Of a DNA stretch of 64,000 bases, positions 28,765 through 38,322 are shown one piece after another. The stretch is from IMG/VR virus record IMGVR_UViG_3300008448_010404, positions 7,443 through 71,442 of that record; one strand, 5' to 3'. The notes under the pieces are model-generated. The model saw only the letters and a list, made by a program, of their open reading frames with translations. It searched no databases and was not told the DNA's origin. Every line of letters starts with the position of its first letter. Position 1 is the stretch's first letter. The DNA comes from a virus. Made by a program: the position numbers and the translations under genes.

Positions 28765-29495
28765 TATTCTAATTCTTTTAATTTAATTATTATATCAATT
28801 AATACTCTAACGTCACGTTCACAGTATTCAGTAATTTCTTTTAACTTACCATCATTCCAATACGCCGTATGTACCTTATCACCGGTAATCTCACCTTCTT
28901 TTGGTGAAGGAACACCTAATGATGTACATAACAAATCTAACGACCCAATTGATGTGTAAGCACCATATTGCCAAACATCTTTAGTGTCAATTGCCTTAAC
29001 TTCCCAAGGTTTAGTGTCATAAGATGGTAACATAACTGACGGTGATATACCATTTATTATCATTCTTTTCGCTAACATTGGTATATCAAAGTTCTTTAGA
29101 TTGTGACCACAGATATGGAAATCTAATTTATAACACTTATCTAAAACTTTTTTACAATTACGTAATAATTCTTTTTCATCATCACCTGAAAATGATTGTG
29201 ATTTAACATCACCATTGTCAGTTACGAACTGAACGTTAACACAAACAATTTTAGCGAACTCAGGAACTAATGCGGTTCTTTTACTAAAAACTTCATTGAC
29301 ACGTACAATATTATCCTCCCTATAAGATGGTGTGGTAAGATGGTCTTCAGGAAATCTTTTCTGAAACCAATCATAATATTTCATAAATTGATTTGCCAAC
29401 TCAGGTCTTTTTTCAAGACAAGTATCATAATCTTTTTCAATCCCAACAGTTTCGATGTCTAAGAACAATATCTTAGTTAAAGGTATTTTTATCAT
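28764..29495 (-). CDS. PolB-type 3'-5' exonuclease (stand-alone DEDDy)
   Basis: LFLDIET, GHNLKNFDIP, YCERDV. Confidence 0.88.
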   Translation of the reverse strand: MIKIPLTKILFLDIETVGIEKDYDTCLEKRPELANQFMKYYDWFQKRFPEDHLTTPSYREDNIVRVNEVFSKRTALVPEFAKIVCVNVQFVTDNGDVKSQSFSGDDEKELLRNCKKVLDKCYKLDFHICGHNLKNFDIPMLAKRMIINGISPSVMLPSYDTKPWEVKAIDTKDVWQYGAYTSIGSLDLLCTSLGVPSPKEGEITGDKVHTAYWNDGKLKEITEYCERDVRVLIDIIIKLKELE

Positions 29496-29497
29496 TT

Positions 29498-30715
29498 TTA
29501 TTTAATTAAAGATTTGTAAAATTCAGCTCTATCCTTTGTTACTTTATTTAAGTCATAAGTGTCTTTAACTGTTTCATATAAACGATTACCCATGTCCTCA
29601 ATAAGGTTAGGGTTCTGAACTAATTTTTTTGTAAATTTAGCCCAATCACTATGATTGTTATGTTCATTAACTAATAAAGCATTTCCATCAACAAAGTTAC
29701 CATTATTTAATGAATGTTTCAAGTCAATTGTGTAAGGACCAACATTTGATGCAATTAAAGCTTTTTTATAGAAACCAGCCTCAATAACTTTAAGTTGAGA
29801 TTTCATTCTATTAAAGATATGGTTTTTAATTGGTGCTAAAGATATATCAAATTTAGAATAATTAATAGCGTATGTGTTAACAGGTAATGTCCATACACGT
29901 CGGTATGGTAAATCAGTTACGTTAGTATAATCACCTTCTTTAAATTGATTTAAAAAAGACTGATATTCACTATCAATTATTTTATAATTATTTGTGAATA
30001 ATTTTTCATACTGAACCCATACCGTTTCTTCAGGTTTAATAGGTCTCTGAGATTGTTGCCCTGTTTGTTTATTTATTTCGGTTACAGTACCTCTAGTATC
30101 AAACCCACACAATACATATTGAACTTGGTCTTTTAATGAACTGTTTTTATTAACCATTCCATCTAATAATTTTAAATCGTGAAGATGTGATGAACCACCT
30201 AACCAACCAATTCTAATTCTATCTGATTTTGGTGTTGGTTCATTGAATTGCGGTTCTTTGGGGTTAATAGCGTTTGGAAAAACTACCACATTTTTATTAA
30301 ACTTGAGTATCTCATCAGCAAACACAGTTGTTGTTGTTGTAACGTAATCAGCCACTTTTAAACTATTTATGATTTTTTCATGTAATTTATTAGCAACTAT
30401 AATATCATGTATTGGGTGTTCTTTAGTTGGTAACCAATAATCATCAATATCAATAATGACAATAATCCCCATACTTTTTAACCATTTAATTATTTCAGGT
30501 GAAGAATCATAATCTTGAGTTACACTTCTGTGTGCATGGATTATTTGATATTTTTTCCAATAGTTAACATCATTAACGTTTGGTTGATAATCAATATCAA
30601 CATGAAAATCATCAGGATATAAATTTTGTAAAAAAGTGTGTGGGTCAACTGAACGGAATTTACCAACTCCTGTGGTATCAGAAGGTAGAACTAAAACATT
30701 AATTTTTTCTTTCAT
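29498..30715 (-). CDS. GT-B fold glycosyltransferase
   Basis: DIDDYW, IGWLGGSSH..D, DISLAPI..FN.MKSQLKVIEAG, IASNVGPY. Confidence 0.82.
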   Translation of the reverse strand: MKEKINVLVLPSDTTGVGKFRSVDPHTFLQNLYPDDFHVDIDYQPNVNDVNYWKKYQIIHAHRSVTQDYDSSPEIIKWLKSMGIIVIIDIDDYWLPTKEHPIHDIIVANKLHEKIINSLKVADYVTTTTTVFADEILKFNKNVVVFPNAINPKEPQFNEPTPKSDRIRIGWLGGSSHLHDLKLLDGMVNKNSSLKDQVQYVLCGFDTRGTVTEINKQTGQQSQRPIKPEETVWVQYEKLFTNNYKIIDSEYQSFLNQFKEGDYTNVTDLPYRRVWTLPVNTYAINYSKFDISLAPIKNHIFNRMKSQLKVIEAGFYKKALIASNVGPYTIDLKHSLNNGNFVDGNALLVNEHNNHSDWAKFTKKLVQNPNLIEDMGNRLYETVKDTYDLNKVTKDRAEFYKSLIK

Positions 30716-30776
30716 AAATTTAATTTAATTATCCAAAATAATAATAATTAAATTTGATAGAATAAAGATATAAAAG

Positions 30777-30804
30777 AAAAAACCCCCACTTTTCAGTGAG
30801 GGTT
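30777..30804 (-). terminator. Rho-independent terminator (GAAA tetraloop)
   Basis: Minus strand AACCCTCACT-GAAA-AGTGGGGGTTTTTT. Confidence 0.85.
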
Positions 30805-30810
30805 ATTAAT

Positions 30811-31452
30811 TTATTTTACTTTTTTAATTTTGGTTACTTTACCTTCAAAAATATGTGAACCGACTCTAAAACTGAAGACATCATTTGCTTTTGAAACTGA
30901 TTCTGTAATTAAACCATTTTCACTTAACACTTCTCTAACAGCCTCCATAACCATAGTTTTTAAATCACTTGTTGGTTGTGTTCGTTGTTCTTGAACGGGT
31001 CTTCGTGTTTGTTCTCCTTTAGCATTCGAATTCATTAAACGAGATGCTTTCTCAACCAATTCATTTGATATCTGAGCCCCACCTGACATAGGGTTATCAG
31101 GTTGGTGTATTGGGTGTTCAATCATTAATTGTTTAATAGCATCAGGTAATTTTGATGACATAATTCTTTCACTTGGTGCCGGTGTATATGTTTTAGTTAA
31201 GTTTTTTTCATTCATCGCACTCTCAGATAACAATGGGTAATCAATATTATCATTTTGCATGTGTCCCATAGTCATAGATTCATTCATATATTCCTGTGGA
31301 ATATTATAGGTTGCGTTAGGTTGATTATAGGTATCAACTCTATGTGTTTCATTCATTGTTACTGGTAATCCACCACGACCAATTTCATTATGTTTATTCA
31401 TAATTTTTTTAGCCGTAACTAATTTCATCATTAAATCATTTTCATTTGTCAT
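30811..31452 (-). CDS. Hypothetical protein, possible head-internal protein
   Basis: 213 aa with repeated MNE/LSE/ITE-S sites; last gene of a TATTTAT operon. Confidence 0.6.
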   Translation of the reverse strand: MTNENDLMMKLVTAKKIMNKHNEIGRGGLPVTMNETHRVDTYNQPNATYNIPQEYMNESMTMGHMQNDNIDYPLLSESAMNEKNLTKTYTPAPSERIMSSKLPDAIKQLMIEHPIHQPDNPMSGGAQISNELVEKASRLMNSNAKGEQTRRPVQEQRTQPTSDLKTMVMEAVREVLSENGLITESVSKANDVFSFRVGSHIFEGKVTKIKKVK

Positions 31453-31462
31453 ATTCTAAAAA

Positions 31463-31867
31463 TTAAACATTTACATTATTTGTATTATCAAAAACCGCAT
31501 TTACTATTACACGTAACATACTTTTATCACCATTAGGGTTATATCCAGGTCTTACCTCATTAAAATTTTCACCTGTTGGTTTAAATGATAATATTTTATC
31601 AACTCTAAATATCCTCCATCCGGGTAATGGTTGTTCACCTTTATACCCCGTGTGTGACGCCCCTTCATAATCCCAAGCCCTAACTATAGGGTTGTCAGAT
31701 TTACTGTAACCAAAACAGACAGGTTCAATTTCACGTAACCCACGACCACCAGGTTCATCCCCATCATAGTAGATAACAATTTTCTTCTTTTTTTTAATAG
31801 CATCAACGATTGAGTCAACTGACGCCATCTCTAAAATAAGATTTTTAAAACTATTGTAAAGTTTCAT
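31463..31867 (-). CDS. Stand-alone WYL-domain protein
   Basis: IVIYY......R.IEP...G......VRAW.....WRIFRVDKI WYL/Sm-fold pattern. Confidence 0.75.
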   Translation of the reverse strand: MKLYNSFKNLILEMASVDSIVDAIKKKKKIVIYYDGDEPGGRGLREIEPVCFGYSKSDNPIVRAWDYEGASHTGYKGEQPLPGWRIFRVDKILSFKPTGENFNEVRPGYNPNGDKSMLRVIVNAVFDNTNNVNV

Positions 31868-32163
31868 TACGCTTTAGGTGTTGTATATGGAGATACTGAT
31901 TTATATAAATTAATTTTTATTTCATTTTTACGTTCAACAATATCTTGAATTGCTCCCGCATTTTCATTGTAGACATCTAAACTACCACCTGTTCCTTTAC
32001 CTCGTGAATCCCCATCGCCAATAGCATCCGGATTGACTGATGAATATTCATTAGATGATTTTGCATAATCATTTTTAGGTATTAATTTTTTTCTTTCTAA
32101 GTCTGCAATACTTGACAATCTATTATCAGGTTGTTCAAAATTTAAAGGTTCTTTTGACGGCAT
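31867..32163 (-). CDS. Hypothetical protein
   Basis: 98-aa ORF coupled to neighbours. Confidence 0.7.
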   Translation of the reverse strand: MPSKEPLNFEQPDNRLSSIADLERKKLIPKNDYAKSSNEYSSVNPDAIGDGDSRGKGTGGSLDVYNENAGAIQDIVERKNEIKINLYKSVSPYTTPKA

Positions 32164-32164
32164 G

Positions 32165-32635
32165 TTATATTATTTTTTTTATTATTTCGTTTATCCTTTT
32201 TAGGCTTTCAGTTATTTCTAAATCGTATTTTTCAAGATTTGAGTGATGGTCTTTACTTGGTCTATTTTGGTTTATTATGTTATTTTTTTCGTGGGGTGCA
32301 ATAAATTGATTGTCTAAAGCCACTGATTTAATTTCTTTAGAACGATGAACATCACCTCTCATAGATGATAAAGTATTGTTAACCCAATTTTTTACATAAT
32401 CACCACCATTTAGAATAAAAGGTAAATCATTTTGATGTCCGTTAAATTCATCAAACCAATTTTTCATTCTTTTTAATTGTTGATAAGAAACGTTACCTTT
32501 TTCCCTTAATTCTTTATTTCGTCTAAACCCTTCAGTTGAATCATCAGCACCTATGGCCGAGTTAAAACATTCATCCAAATATTTTAGAACGTCTTCAGGT
32601 AAATTAACAGTATTTCCGTATAATTCTTTATTCAT
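32165..32635 (-). CDS. Hypothetical protein
   Basis: 156-aa ORF; C-terminus ITESLKRINEII. Confidence 0.7.
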   Translation of the reverse strand: MNKELYGNTVNLPEDVLKYLDECFNSAIGADDSTEGFRRNKELREKGNVSYQQLKRMKNWFDEFNGHQNDLPFILNGGDYVKNWVNNTLSSMRGDVHRSKEIKSVALDNQFIAPHEKNNIINQNRPSKDHHSNLEKYDLEITESLKRINEIIKKII

Positions 32636-33473
32636 TAGATTTTAAAATTTTAATTAATTCACTAAGACTAATACCCTCTTTTTCCGCAATTTTTTTTATT
32701 GATTGTATATTTTTTGTTAAAATTTTACTAACAGGGTTAGACTTTGAAATAATGTCAGTGTCGGATTTATTCTTTTTAGTTAAAATATCCTCAACCATTT
32801 TAATCATTTTCTGTCTTTGTTCTTCATCAAGTTTTTCTTTTTCAACTAAACGTTGTTTTAAAACACGTTTACCATCTTTAGCTTTTCTAACTTTTTGTTT
32901 TGGTAATTTCCCAAATTGTTCAGCTCTTTCTTTAGGATTTTCAACACCCATATTTTTTAATGTTTTAACAGTGTTTTTATAATCTTTATATTCAGTTTCT
33001 TTATAACCAAACGCTTCAGAATAATCCACTTCTGACACAACATTATCAGAATCCTCAACACTTTCACCGTAGTAAACTCTGTAACCACGTAAAACAGGAT
33101 TACCCGCTTGTCTAGTCATAGCAATTGTTTGGTCCATTGTTTTGTGTGGTGTTAATGTTTGATTTAGATTAGGTATCCTTGATGATAACATAGTACCGTC
33201 AGAATCAACTAATTCATCAAGTTCACCTGATGGTTTTTTAGTTAGTTCTTTTTTAATATCATCTTTAGAATATTTCTTTTTACTATTTAATATTTTTCGT
33301 AAAGTATTTATAACTTTTTTAGAATCTTCTTTTTTAAAATCTTTTTTTTCGTGATTTTGTTTAGATTCAGTTAAAGTTTCTCCTGTTGAATAATATAATG
33401 ATATTGTGTCACCTTTATCTTTTAAATAGAAGTAACAATTATTACCAAAATATCCAATATTATACTTAATCAT
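32628..33473 (-). CDS. Hypothetical protein
   Basis: ATG 33473 (MIKYNIGYF), 14 nt downstream of the minus-strand TATTTAT. Confidence 0.7.
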   Translation of the reverse strand: MIKYNIGYFGNNCYFYLKDKGDTISLYYSTGETLTESKQNHEKKDFKKEDSKKVINTLRKILNSKKKYSKDDIKKELTKKPSGELDELVDSDGTMLSSRIPNLNQTLTPHKTMDQTIAMTRQAGNPVLRGYRVYYGESVEDSDNVVSEVDYSEAFGYKETEYKDYKNTVKTLKNMGVENPKERAEQFGKLPKQKVRKAKDGKRVLKQRLVEKEKLDEEQRQKMIKMVEDILTKKNKSDTDIISKSNPVSKILTKNIQSIKKIAEKEGISLSELIKILKSNE

Positions 33474-33487
33474 CTTCCTTTTTATTA

Positions 33488-33514
33488 ATAAATACCACGA
33501 TGTGGAGTATTTAT
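33488..33514. promoter_or_regulatory. Back-to-back TATTTAT motifs (divergent late promoter) around a CCAC-GAT-GTGG inverted repeat
   Basis: ATAAATA CCACGATGTGG AG TATTTAT between divergent genes 33473(-) and 33528(+). Confidence 0.7.
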
Positions 33515-33527
33515 CATAAAAAAGAGT

Positions 33528-35771
33528 GTGAGTCAGAATATTTATCAATATCCTAATCCTAATTGGGGTCTAAAATTAAGTTTAGACTCTTATGATATGT
33601 CATTAACTTTTGACAGTCAAGACTTTAATAAAGAAGTCGTATTTTCACCTTATTTAATAGCTCAAACATATGGTAATAGATTACCAATATATTTTGATAT
33701 TAATAATACGTTAACCGCACAAGATTTAACATTAACTTATAAGAATTATAATTACAATAATGTTTTTGTTTCTCAAAATTTTAGAGTTAATGAAAATGAA
33801 GATTTAAGTTGTTTTACCGCAAGAACATCTTGTGATATTGGTTTAACAGGTACAGATAACGGTTTAGTAACGGGTATGACCGCACAAACAATCACATTTA
33901 CAAATGGTTTAGTAAATGACACTGAAAAATTTAATCGTTTAATTTTTGACAGACGATTTAAAATGTTTCAAGTAACAGGATACACAAACACACCTAATTT
34001 TAGGTTTTCAGGTTTTGAAGATAATATCTTATATGAAGTTGTTAGTAAAAACAGTCCTTATATCGGTAGATATCACGAATTATACGGTGGTTTTTATCAA
34101 GGGTTTTATAAGTTATTTGGTTATGACTATGACATTTTCCCTGAAAGAATGAATAAGGGATGGTCCGTTGAAATATTATTGAAACCAAGATTAATTAATG
34201 AGTATTCACCTAGTTCAGGTGAGACAACTCTAAATGAAATTTACCCAAACAATAAAGACACTTTTTTTTATTTAGGAACAAGAGCCGAAAACAAATATTA
34301 CCATCACGCGGATGGTTCACCAAAATCAATGTCAGGTTACACTAGAATAACTGAACCGTTAGTTAATCTTGAGACTTGTGCTTGTTGTAACACCGGTGTA
34401 ACCGATAGTCGTTGTATCTACGTATATCCACCAAGGTCAAATGGTGGTGTTCACGACCCACATAAAAATTACGGATGCGATACTTGTGGGTGTAACACAA
34501 CAACAATAGGTGGTGTTTGTTCAGGTTGTGGTTGTCCTTCTGAAGAATACGATACTTGTGGGTGGGAATGTAAAACACACATTTGTGGGTCAGGAACAAC
34601 CTCATCAATACAAAGTACGTGTGAAAGTAATCCATTAGATGATTCAATGTCAAATGCGTTGTCATTTAAATTATCAGGTGACCCAAAAAACCCTAGTATT
34701 TGTGTGAGAATATTACGAATTACCGGTGATTGTCAAACTAGCGGTAGTTGTTCAACCACAGGAATTACGTATACCACAGGTTACACGGTTGATGAATATT
34801 GTACTTCACCAATATATCCAAGATGTCAAATAGAAAATCCTGCGTGGTTAGAAGAAGAACATTGGTTTCAATTTAATGCCGTTTGGGAGAGATATACTTG
34901 GTTGGATGATTGTGATTTAAAATATCGAGGTGGTTTAGATGATATCACCGAAAAATTATATTTAGATTCATTAGCGAATAACACATCAATTTTAATAACC
35001 CCACATTATACTCACGAAGGTGCTAAACCAGCCGAACAAATTGATTTAGTTAAATTAAATGAAAAATGGTTAATAGATAAAGATTATCGTAATGGTCGTC
35101 TAAAAATATATATTAACGGTAAATTATTTCATACTTTTGAAAATATTGAAGAAATAATACCAAGAGCGTTATCGACCGATAAAGAAAAACAAGTTGGTGT
35201 TCCATTTAACATTTCTTGGGGTGGAGGAACTCAAGGTTTAAGAGAACATTTAATCCCAAAACAAGTTCCTGTTTGTGATATTGTTGGGGGTGTATTAATT
35301 GATGTTGTTTTAACTTCTGAAGTATTACCCGGCTCTGTTGTTATTATTTACACATTAACATCATCATCGGTTCTTAATGAAGATTTAACATTAAATTTTA
35401 CCGACACTTTAGGTTTAATATCAGGTAGTAATATTGAAATCTCAACAGGTGTTACAATTAATTCAGGTTCAATCTCAGGGTCAACAACGGTTAATTTACC
35501 TTATAATTTTAATGAATTAACCAGAACAAGTTCATTTAGTTCAACTGAAATTACTAACCCTAATTTATCAAATTGTTGTAATATATCAATAAACACACCT
35601 TTCTTTGCTACCCCAACACCAACCCCTACTCAAACCCAAACACCAACTACAACACCAACACCAACCCCTACAAATACACAAACTCCAACTCAAACACCAA
35701 CCCCTACAAATACACAAACTCCAACAAATTCAGAAACTCCAACCCAAACCCCAACTCCTACAAATAGTTAA
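33528..35771 (+). CDS. Probable virion protein: Cys-rich region, N-terminal part of a LamG/concanavalin-like domain, Ig-like segment, Thr/Pro tail
   Basis: GTG start; Cys cluster at ~34376-34625; GRLKIYINGKL..NISWGGG; C-terminal (TP)n. Confidence 0.7.
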   Translation: MSQNIYQYPNPNWGLKLSLDSYDMSLTFDSQDFNKEVVFSPYLIAQTYGNRLPIYFDINNTLTAQDLTLTYKNYNYNNVFVSQNFRVNENEDLSCFTARTSCDIGLTGTDNGLVTGMTAQTITFTNGLVNDTEKFNRLIFDRRFKMFQVTGYTNTPNFRFSGFEDNILYEVVSKNSPYIGRYHELYGGFYQGFYKLFGYDYDIFPERMNKGWSVEILLKPRLINEYSPSSGETTLNEIYPNNKDTFFYLGTRAENKYYHHADGSPKSMSGYTRITEPLVNLETCACCNTGVTDSRCIYVYPPRSNGGVHDPHKNYGCDTCGCNTTTIGGVCSGCGCPSEEYDTCGWECKTHICGSGTTSSIQSTCESNPLDDSMSNALSFKLSGDPKNPSICVRILRITGDCQTSGSCSTTGITYTTGYTVDEYCTSPIYPRCQIENPAWLEEEHWFQFNAVWERYTWLDDCDLKYRGGLDDITEKLYLDSLANNTSILITPHYTHEGAKPAEQIDLVKLNEKWLIDKDYRNGRLKIYINGKLFHTFENIEEIIPRALSTDKEKQVGVPFNISWGGGTQGLREHLIPKQVPVCDIVGGVLIDVVLTSEVLPGSVVIIYTLTSSSVLNEDLTLNFTDTLGLISGSNIEISTGVTINSGSISGSTTVNLPYNFNELTRTSSFSSTEITNPNLSNCCNISINTPFFATPTPTPTQTQTPTTTPTPTPTNTQTPTQTPTPTNTQTPTNSETPTQTPTPTNS

Positions 35772-35830
35772 CTAGTTCACAAGTTTTACAAAACTATAAT
35801 AATAACAAATCTAAATATGGTTTATAAACA

Positions 35831-35837
35831 TATTTAT
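35831..35837 (+). promoter_or_regulatory. TATTTAT putative late promoter
   Basis: 12 nt before ATG 35850. Confidence 0.55.
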
Positions 35838-35849
35838 AATTAAAAAGTA

Positions 35850-37157
35850 ATGGCATCAACAGTAGTTATAGGTACAAGAAATTATAGTGGGGAAACTGCC
35901 GATATTACGTTTTACCCTGAAACAGGTGGGACAATAAATGTTGGTTCTCAAATTGTTCCGTATAATTATTCTACGGATTACTTCTTTGGTAAATATGAAC
36001 TTTATTTTTCTGCATATAATTTTACTTGTGATTTTACAATATCATCAACAAACTCAATACCCGCACCTCAAACAATAACCGCAACAACCGTTGAATATGA
36101 TTTATTCCAAAGATACACACAAGACCCTGAAAATTTTTCTGATGTTGATTTAAGTGGAACAACATTTAGTGGTTTAACTACTAATATTTTAATTAATAAA
36201 TATTTTGCAGGTTCTTTTGAAGGTGCAATATCTCAATTTAGATTATATACAACACCACTATCAGCCCCTGAAGTTAAGCACAACTTTAGTTTATTGAAGA
36301 ACCCGTTCATAATGTTTAATCCAGATTGTCCTGATTGTTCTACAGACACTTGTTCAATTAATGATTTCACATATGTTGTTACTGACACCAATACAATAGA
36401 GGAACCAATTGATATTAGACCTGATGTTAATTTATTAGGTAGAAATTATATACCTGATGTTAGAGATAATAATTATTTAATTAAAAATCACTTTGAATAC
36501 TTACTACAAGTATATAACAAAAAACCACCGGTTAGACCAACACCGGTTAAACCATCACCAATCAAACCAACACCAACACCATCACCAATATTTGTTACAA
36601 AATATTGGGATTCTGACGGATGGTGGGGTAATCAAGGTAATAAACCTCATTGTGTTGGATTTTCTTGGGCACATTGGATTGAAGATGGTCCAATTGGTCA
36701 TGGTGGTGTTCCACCTATCATTTCACCTGTTATAATTTATAATCAAGCACAGAAAATTGATGAATGGCCAGGTGAAAATTACGCAGGAACTTCAGTTAGA
36801 GCCGGAGCAAAATATTTAAAATCAATAAATGCAATACAATCTTATTATTGGGCTTACGATTTAAACACGTTAGTTGACTGTATTTTTAAATTAGGACCTG
36901 TCGTTGTCGGAACGTATTGGTATAGTGGAATGTTTTCACCTGACGGTAATGGTTTGATTAGAGCTTCAGGTGGTATAGTTGGTGGTCACGCTTATGTAAT
37001 AAACGGTGTAGATAAAACAAAACAACTTTTCAGAATAAAAAATAGTTGGGGTAAATCTTGGGGTAAACAAGGTCACGCATTTATTTCATTTAGTGATATG
37101 TCAAGATTAATCTCAATGAATGGTGAAATATGTATTGCAGTTGAAAATAATTTTTAA
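35850..37157 (+). CDS. Fusion protein: small N-module, C-terminal part of a LamG domain, Pro-rich linker, papain-like (C1) cysteine peptidase
   Basis: FEGAISQFRLY..PLS..EVKHNF; NQGNKPHCVGF (Cys 36651), GGHA (His 36987), KNSWGKSWG (Asn 37041). Confidence 0.85.
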   Translation: MASTVVIGTRNYSGETADITFYPETGGTINVGSQIVPYNYSTDYFFGKYELYFSAYNFTCDFTISSTNSIPAPQTITATTVEYDLFQRYTQDPENFSDVDLSGTTFSGLTTNILINKYFAGSFEGAISQFRLYTTPLSAPEVKHNFSLLKNPFIMFNPDCPDCSTDTCSINDFTYVVTDTNTIEEPIDIRPDVNLLGRNYIPDVRDNNYLIKNHFEYLLQVYNKKPPVRPTPVKPSPIKPTPTPSPIFVTKYWDSDGWWGNQGNKPHCVGFSWAHWIEDGPIGHGGVPPIISPVIIYNQAQKIDEWPGENYAGTSVRAGAKYLKSINAIQSYYWAYDLNTLVDCIFKLGPVVVGTYWYSGMFSPDGNGLIRASGGIVGGHAYVINGVDKTKQLFRIKNSWGKSWGKQGHAFISFSDMSRLISMNGEICIAVENNF

Positions 37158-37161
37158 TTAG

Positions 37162-38322
37162 ATGAGTACAACAATAATAATATCAAGTGTAAATTATGAC
37201 GGTGAATCGGCAAATATTCTATTTAAGCCTGATAACGCAAATGTTACAGTAAATTTAGGTCAAGTTACGTTACCTTATACTTTTGACCCCACACTATTAA
37301 CACCCCAACGAAACGTATACGGCACTTACACTATTTTAGTAAACGATGGTAGTTGTTCTAATATACTGAACGTTCCAAGACCGACACCTACAGTTACACC
37401 AACACAAACAGTAACACCAAGTATTACTTTAACGCCAACTAGAACATCAACACCTACCGCAACTATAAACCCGTGTTACTTAACACCAACACCAACAAAT
37501 ACACCAACACCAACTGTCACACCAACAGTAACTGTAACACCAACAGTAACTGTAACACCAACAAAAACACCAACACCATCTCCACAAACTTGTTTACGAA
37601 GACAAAATAATTGGTGGAATTCTAATTCATATTTTAGTTACACCGGTATTACCGATTTTTACTTATATACTTATATTCCAGGTGTTACAACAATAAACAA
37701 CGGTGGGTTTAATATGTTTAACGTAGGAAATACAATATTATTAAATTTACCAATACCAAGAGTTTATGGCAGTTTTGGGAGTGATTTTTTTGTTACAAGA
37801 ATTAATACTTGGCCTCAATTGACTTTATATAATTTAGGTCCAAATCTTAGTCCTCATTCAATATCTGAAGTCGGTAGTCCTTCAACAATAAATGGTAATG
37901 ACCCTACTTACGGACCATACACAGTTACTAGACAAGTGACGTTAAGTGATGGTGTATATAGTTGTGGTGATATTCACGGTAGTTGGTATCGTTATAGTAA
38001 TATTGGAGTTAACCCGTCATTCTTATCAGGTTCAACACCTTGTCCTTCTATCGAATATGTATGGTTTACAATTGAATCACCTACTTGGGGAACAGATATA
38101 AGTTCTTTTAATGATGATAGAAATTCAACATCAAACCCAAATTTGTTAGATTCAACAATTAGTGTTGTTGGTAAAAATGGTTATTTGGGTATGGTTCTTT
38201 TATCAAAATATTCACCATTATCACCTTCAACTACTATTCCTGATAGTCAAATCACACAATTCTTACAAAATTCAATTTGTCAATTATTTAGTTCTGTAAA
38301 TTGTGCGGATTTTAATGTTTAA
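37162..38322 (+). CDS. Thr/Pro-repeat protein sharing its N-module with the previous gene
   Basis: I...NY.GE.A.I.F.P.....N.G...PY......G.Y N-module; (PT/VT)n tract at ~37375-37590. Confidence 0.75.
   Translation: MSTTIIISSVNYDGESANILFKPDNANVTVNLGQVTLPYTFDPTLLTPQRNVYGTYTILVNDGSCSNILNVPRPTPTVTPTQTVTPSITLTPTRTSTPTATINPCYLTPTPTNTPTPTVTPTVTVTPTVTVTPTKTPTPSPQTCLRRQNNWWNSNSYFSYTGITDFYLYTYIPGVTTINNGGFNMFNVGNTILLNLPIPRVYGSFGSDFFVTRINTWPQLTLYNLGPNLSPHSISEVGSPSTINGNDPTYGPYTVTRQVTLSDGVYSCGDIHGSWYRYSNIGVNPSFLSGSTPCPSIEYVWFTIESPTWGTDISSFNDDRNSTSNPNLLDSTISVVGKNGYLGMVLLSKYSPLSPSTTIPDSQITQFLQNSICQLFSSVNCADFNV

Noticed and set aside
5323-33548. ORF-track upstream start extensions (5661, 6723, 10344, 18107, 22308, 26904, 33548)
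   Set aside because: Most overlap neighbouring genes or promoter motifs; downstream ATGs fit domain boundaries and gene coupling better.
35771-35850. Self-splicing intron or frameshift joining 33528..35771 to 35850..37157
   Set aside because: The 78-nt gap is AT-rich with no group I/II structure, and the second gene has its own promoter motif and an N-module shared with the next gene.
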